In this document: piece after piece, positions 62,210-64,000 of the stretch
Numbering within the stretch: position 1 is the stretch's first letter
Layout of the letters: each line of letters begins with the position of its first letter
From: Pseudidiomarina sp.
GTDB lineage: Bacteria > Pseudomonadota > Gammaproteobacteria > Enterobacterales > Alteromonadaceae
Reading direction: 5' to 3'
Length of the DNA stretch: 64,000 nucleotides
Assembly: GCA_023260975.1 (NCBI GenBank)
Contig: JALQTK010000005.1
Coordinates: 13,295-77,294 of the forward strand
Made by a program: the position numbers and the translations under genes
The notes under the pieces: generated by a model
Seen by the model: only the letters and a program-made list of their open reading frames with translations
The model's database searches: none
What the model was told of the DNA's origin: nothing

Positions 62210-62926
62210 ATGCAAATTACTGCCATTCCAGCTTTTGATGATAACTACATTTGGGCTATTCAGCCAGCGGCTAATCCACGCCAGGTGATTGTTGTTGATC
62301 CGGGTTGTGCTGATCGCTGTCAACAATGGCTCGACGATCAACACTGTGAACTGGTTGCGATCTTACTGACCCATCACCATTGGGATCACAGCCAAGGCGT
62401 GGCGGCGTTAGTGGAGCGCTGGCACTGTCCAGTGTATGGGCCTGCCAACTCGCCGTTTAGAGAAATAAACCATGCCCTGCAACACCACGATAGGGTCAGT
62501 TTCGCCGCCCTGGGGATAACCTTGCAGGTGATTGCCACACCCGGGCATACGCTTGATCACATCAGCTATTATGGTCACGGTGCCCTGTTTTGCGGTGATA
62601 CGCTGTTTCTAGCCGGCTGCGGGCGCCGCTTTGAAGGTACAGTCGAACAATTTTATCAGTCGCTACAATTACTGGCAGCGCTACCAGCTGCTACCCAGGT
62701 CTACTGCGGGCATGAATACAGCGCTGCCAACTTACGTTTTGCTGCTGCAGTCATGCCGCATAGCCAAGCTGTCATCGCTGCGCAGCAGCGCGTGCAGCAG
62801 CTGCGTGAGCAAGGTTTACCCTCACTACCAAGTCGGTTAGCTGAGGAGCACGCCATAAATCCATTCCTACGTGCTACCTCGGCAGCAGAATTTGGCCGCT
62901 TACGAGAGTGGAAAGACCGCTTCTAA
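62210..62926 (+). CDS. gloB: Hydroxyacylglutathione hydrolase (glyoxalase II)
   Basis: DNYIW, THHHWDH, PGHT, CGDTLF.AGCGR, CGHEY, NPFLR. Confidence 0.96.
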   Translation: MQITAIPAFDDNYIWAIQPAANPRQVIVVDPGCADRCQQWLDDQHCELVAILLTHHHWDHSQGVAALVERWHCPVYGPANSPFREINHALQHHDRVSFAALGITLQVIATPGHTLDHISYYGHGALFCGDTLFLAGCGRRFEGTVEQFYQSLQLLAALPAATQVYCGHEYSAANLRFAAAVMPHSQAVIAAQQRVQQLREQGLPSLPSRLAEEHAINPFLRATSAAEFGRLREWKDRF

Positions 62927-62985
62927 ACACGTAAACTGCAGCTAAGTTTCGCCGCTTACGGTGACAATAGTCTAGGAAATAATGC

Positions 62986-64000
62986 ATGATTCGTTGGCTT
63001 ATAACCATTATCAGTGTCACCTTGCTGAGCGCTTGCCAGCTTGTTGCTAGCACCAACCCAGTGGTAACTGATGACAGAGCTTATGCTGATGCCAAAGTGG
63101 TCGATGACCTAAGCAGCGAGCAATTGCCCAGCATTGACGCTGAAATAATAGCCGCCGATAACCTTGATACGGCGCCAGTAACTGCAGCGCTAATCCTCAC
63201 CGCGCAACAAGAAGCTGACCTGTGGGTTCGTATTCAGCGCCAGTTGATTTTTATCGCTCCTGAACATCCGCGCTTGGTCGCCCAACGCAATTGGTATTTA
63301 CGCAATCCAGCCTACATGGAGCGGGTGGCCAAACGCGCGGCACCATTCATGTATATGATTGTTGAAGAAATTGAACGGCGGCAAATGCCATTAGAGCTGG
63401 CCTTGTTGCCGATTGTCGAGAGCGCCTTTGACCCCTTTGCCTATTCACATGGGCGAGCGGCCGGTATTTGGCAATTTATCCCCGGCACAGCGCGCAATTA
63501 TGGTCTGGAAATAAATTGGTGGTACGATGGCCGTCGTGACGTATTGGCCAGTACTCATGCTGCTTTAGACTATCTCGAAGCACTGCATAAACGCTTTGAT
63601 GGTGACTGGTTGCATGCGCTCGCGGCATACAATTCGGGTGAAGGTCGAGTTGAACGCGCGATTCGAGCAAATGCGCGCGCCGGTAAAGCGACTGATTTTT
63701 GGGCCCTTGATCTACCCCGCGAAACCCGAGCGTACGTGCCTAAACTATTAGCTCTGGCGGATATTTTGAAGCATCACGAGCGTTATCAATACAGTTGGAC
63801 GCCAATTGATAATCAACCCTACTTAGCCGTGGTCGAAGTCGCCAGTCAAATCGATTTAGCCACCGCCGCCGAACACGCTGGGCTGAGCTTAAAACAACTG
63901 CATCATTATAATTCCGGCTACAATCGTTGGGCGACCGATCCGCAAGGTCCTCATCGCTTGCTATTACCCATTGCCAATGCACAGCAATTACAACAGTGGC
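62986..64000 (+). CDS. mltD: Membrane-bound lytic murein transglycosylase D, 3'-truncated by the window edge; not in ORF track
   Basis: MIRWLITIISVTLLSAC lipobox; LLPIVESAFDP catalytic Glu, AAGIWQF, LAAYNSGEG, LPRET..YVPK; follows gloB. Confidence 0.94.
   Translation, partial: MIRWLITIISVTLLSACQLVASTNPVVTDDRAYADAKVVDDLSSEQLPSIDAEIIAADNLDTAPVTAALILTAQQEADLWVRIQRQLIFIAPEHPRLVAQRNWYLRNPAYMERVAKRAAPFMYMIVEEIERRQMPLELALLPIVESAFDPFAYSHGRAAGIWQFIPGTARNYGLEINWWYDGRRDVLASTHAALDYLEALHKRFDGDWLHALAAYNSGEGRVERAIRANARAGKATDFWALDLPRETRAYVPKLLALADILKHHERYQYSWTPIDNQPYLAVVEVASQIDLATAAEHAGLSLKQLHHYNSGYNRWATDPQGPHRLLLPIANAQQLQQW

Overview
Gene-dense core chromosome (about 50% GC by eye) of a marine gammaproteobacterium. 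Gene content and order suggest Alteromonadales, probably Idiomarinaceae; this is inference, not a database result. From left to right: 3' part of mfd, csiV, an ExeM/NucH-type nuclease, an ECF sigma/anti-sigma/PDZ trio, Pho-box-preceded alkaline phosphatase, a folK-like/folM-like pair, acnA, tesB, nupC-udk, an M16 peptidase, VOC/histidine phosphatase/patatin/DUF393, a small DUF3149-like ORF missed by the track, tmRNA, purMN, fadE (FadR and PsrA-like sites), two AbgT transporters flanking a 5'-nucleotidase, a 2OG-Fe(II) oxygenase, argE and rnhB, an SDR, the bkd operon (LiuR site), astE, DUF599, RND/MFP, a CPA2 antiporter, a DMT, tilS-accA-dnaE, DUF429 plus a small acidic protein, monomeric icd, dcp, two tRNA-Asp, dnaQ-rnhA-yafS-gloB and the 5' part of mltD. 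I saw no mobile element, CRISPR array, prophage or recognisable defence system. Best candidates for something undescribed: (1) the coupled ECF sigma / membrane anti-sigma / protease-less PDZ protein module; (2) the DUF429 RNase-H-fold protein plus a very acidic 80-aa protein in the slot upstream of dnaE that rnhB usually occupies; (3) a short TilS with a GGGADS P-loop; (4) a truncated FolK paralogue coupled to FolM; (5) a 2OG oxygenase coupled to a 5'-nucleotidase. All family assignments come from motif recognition by eye and no searches were run.
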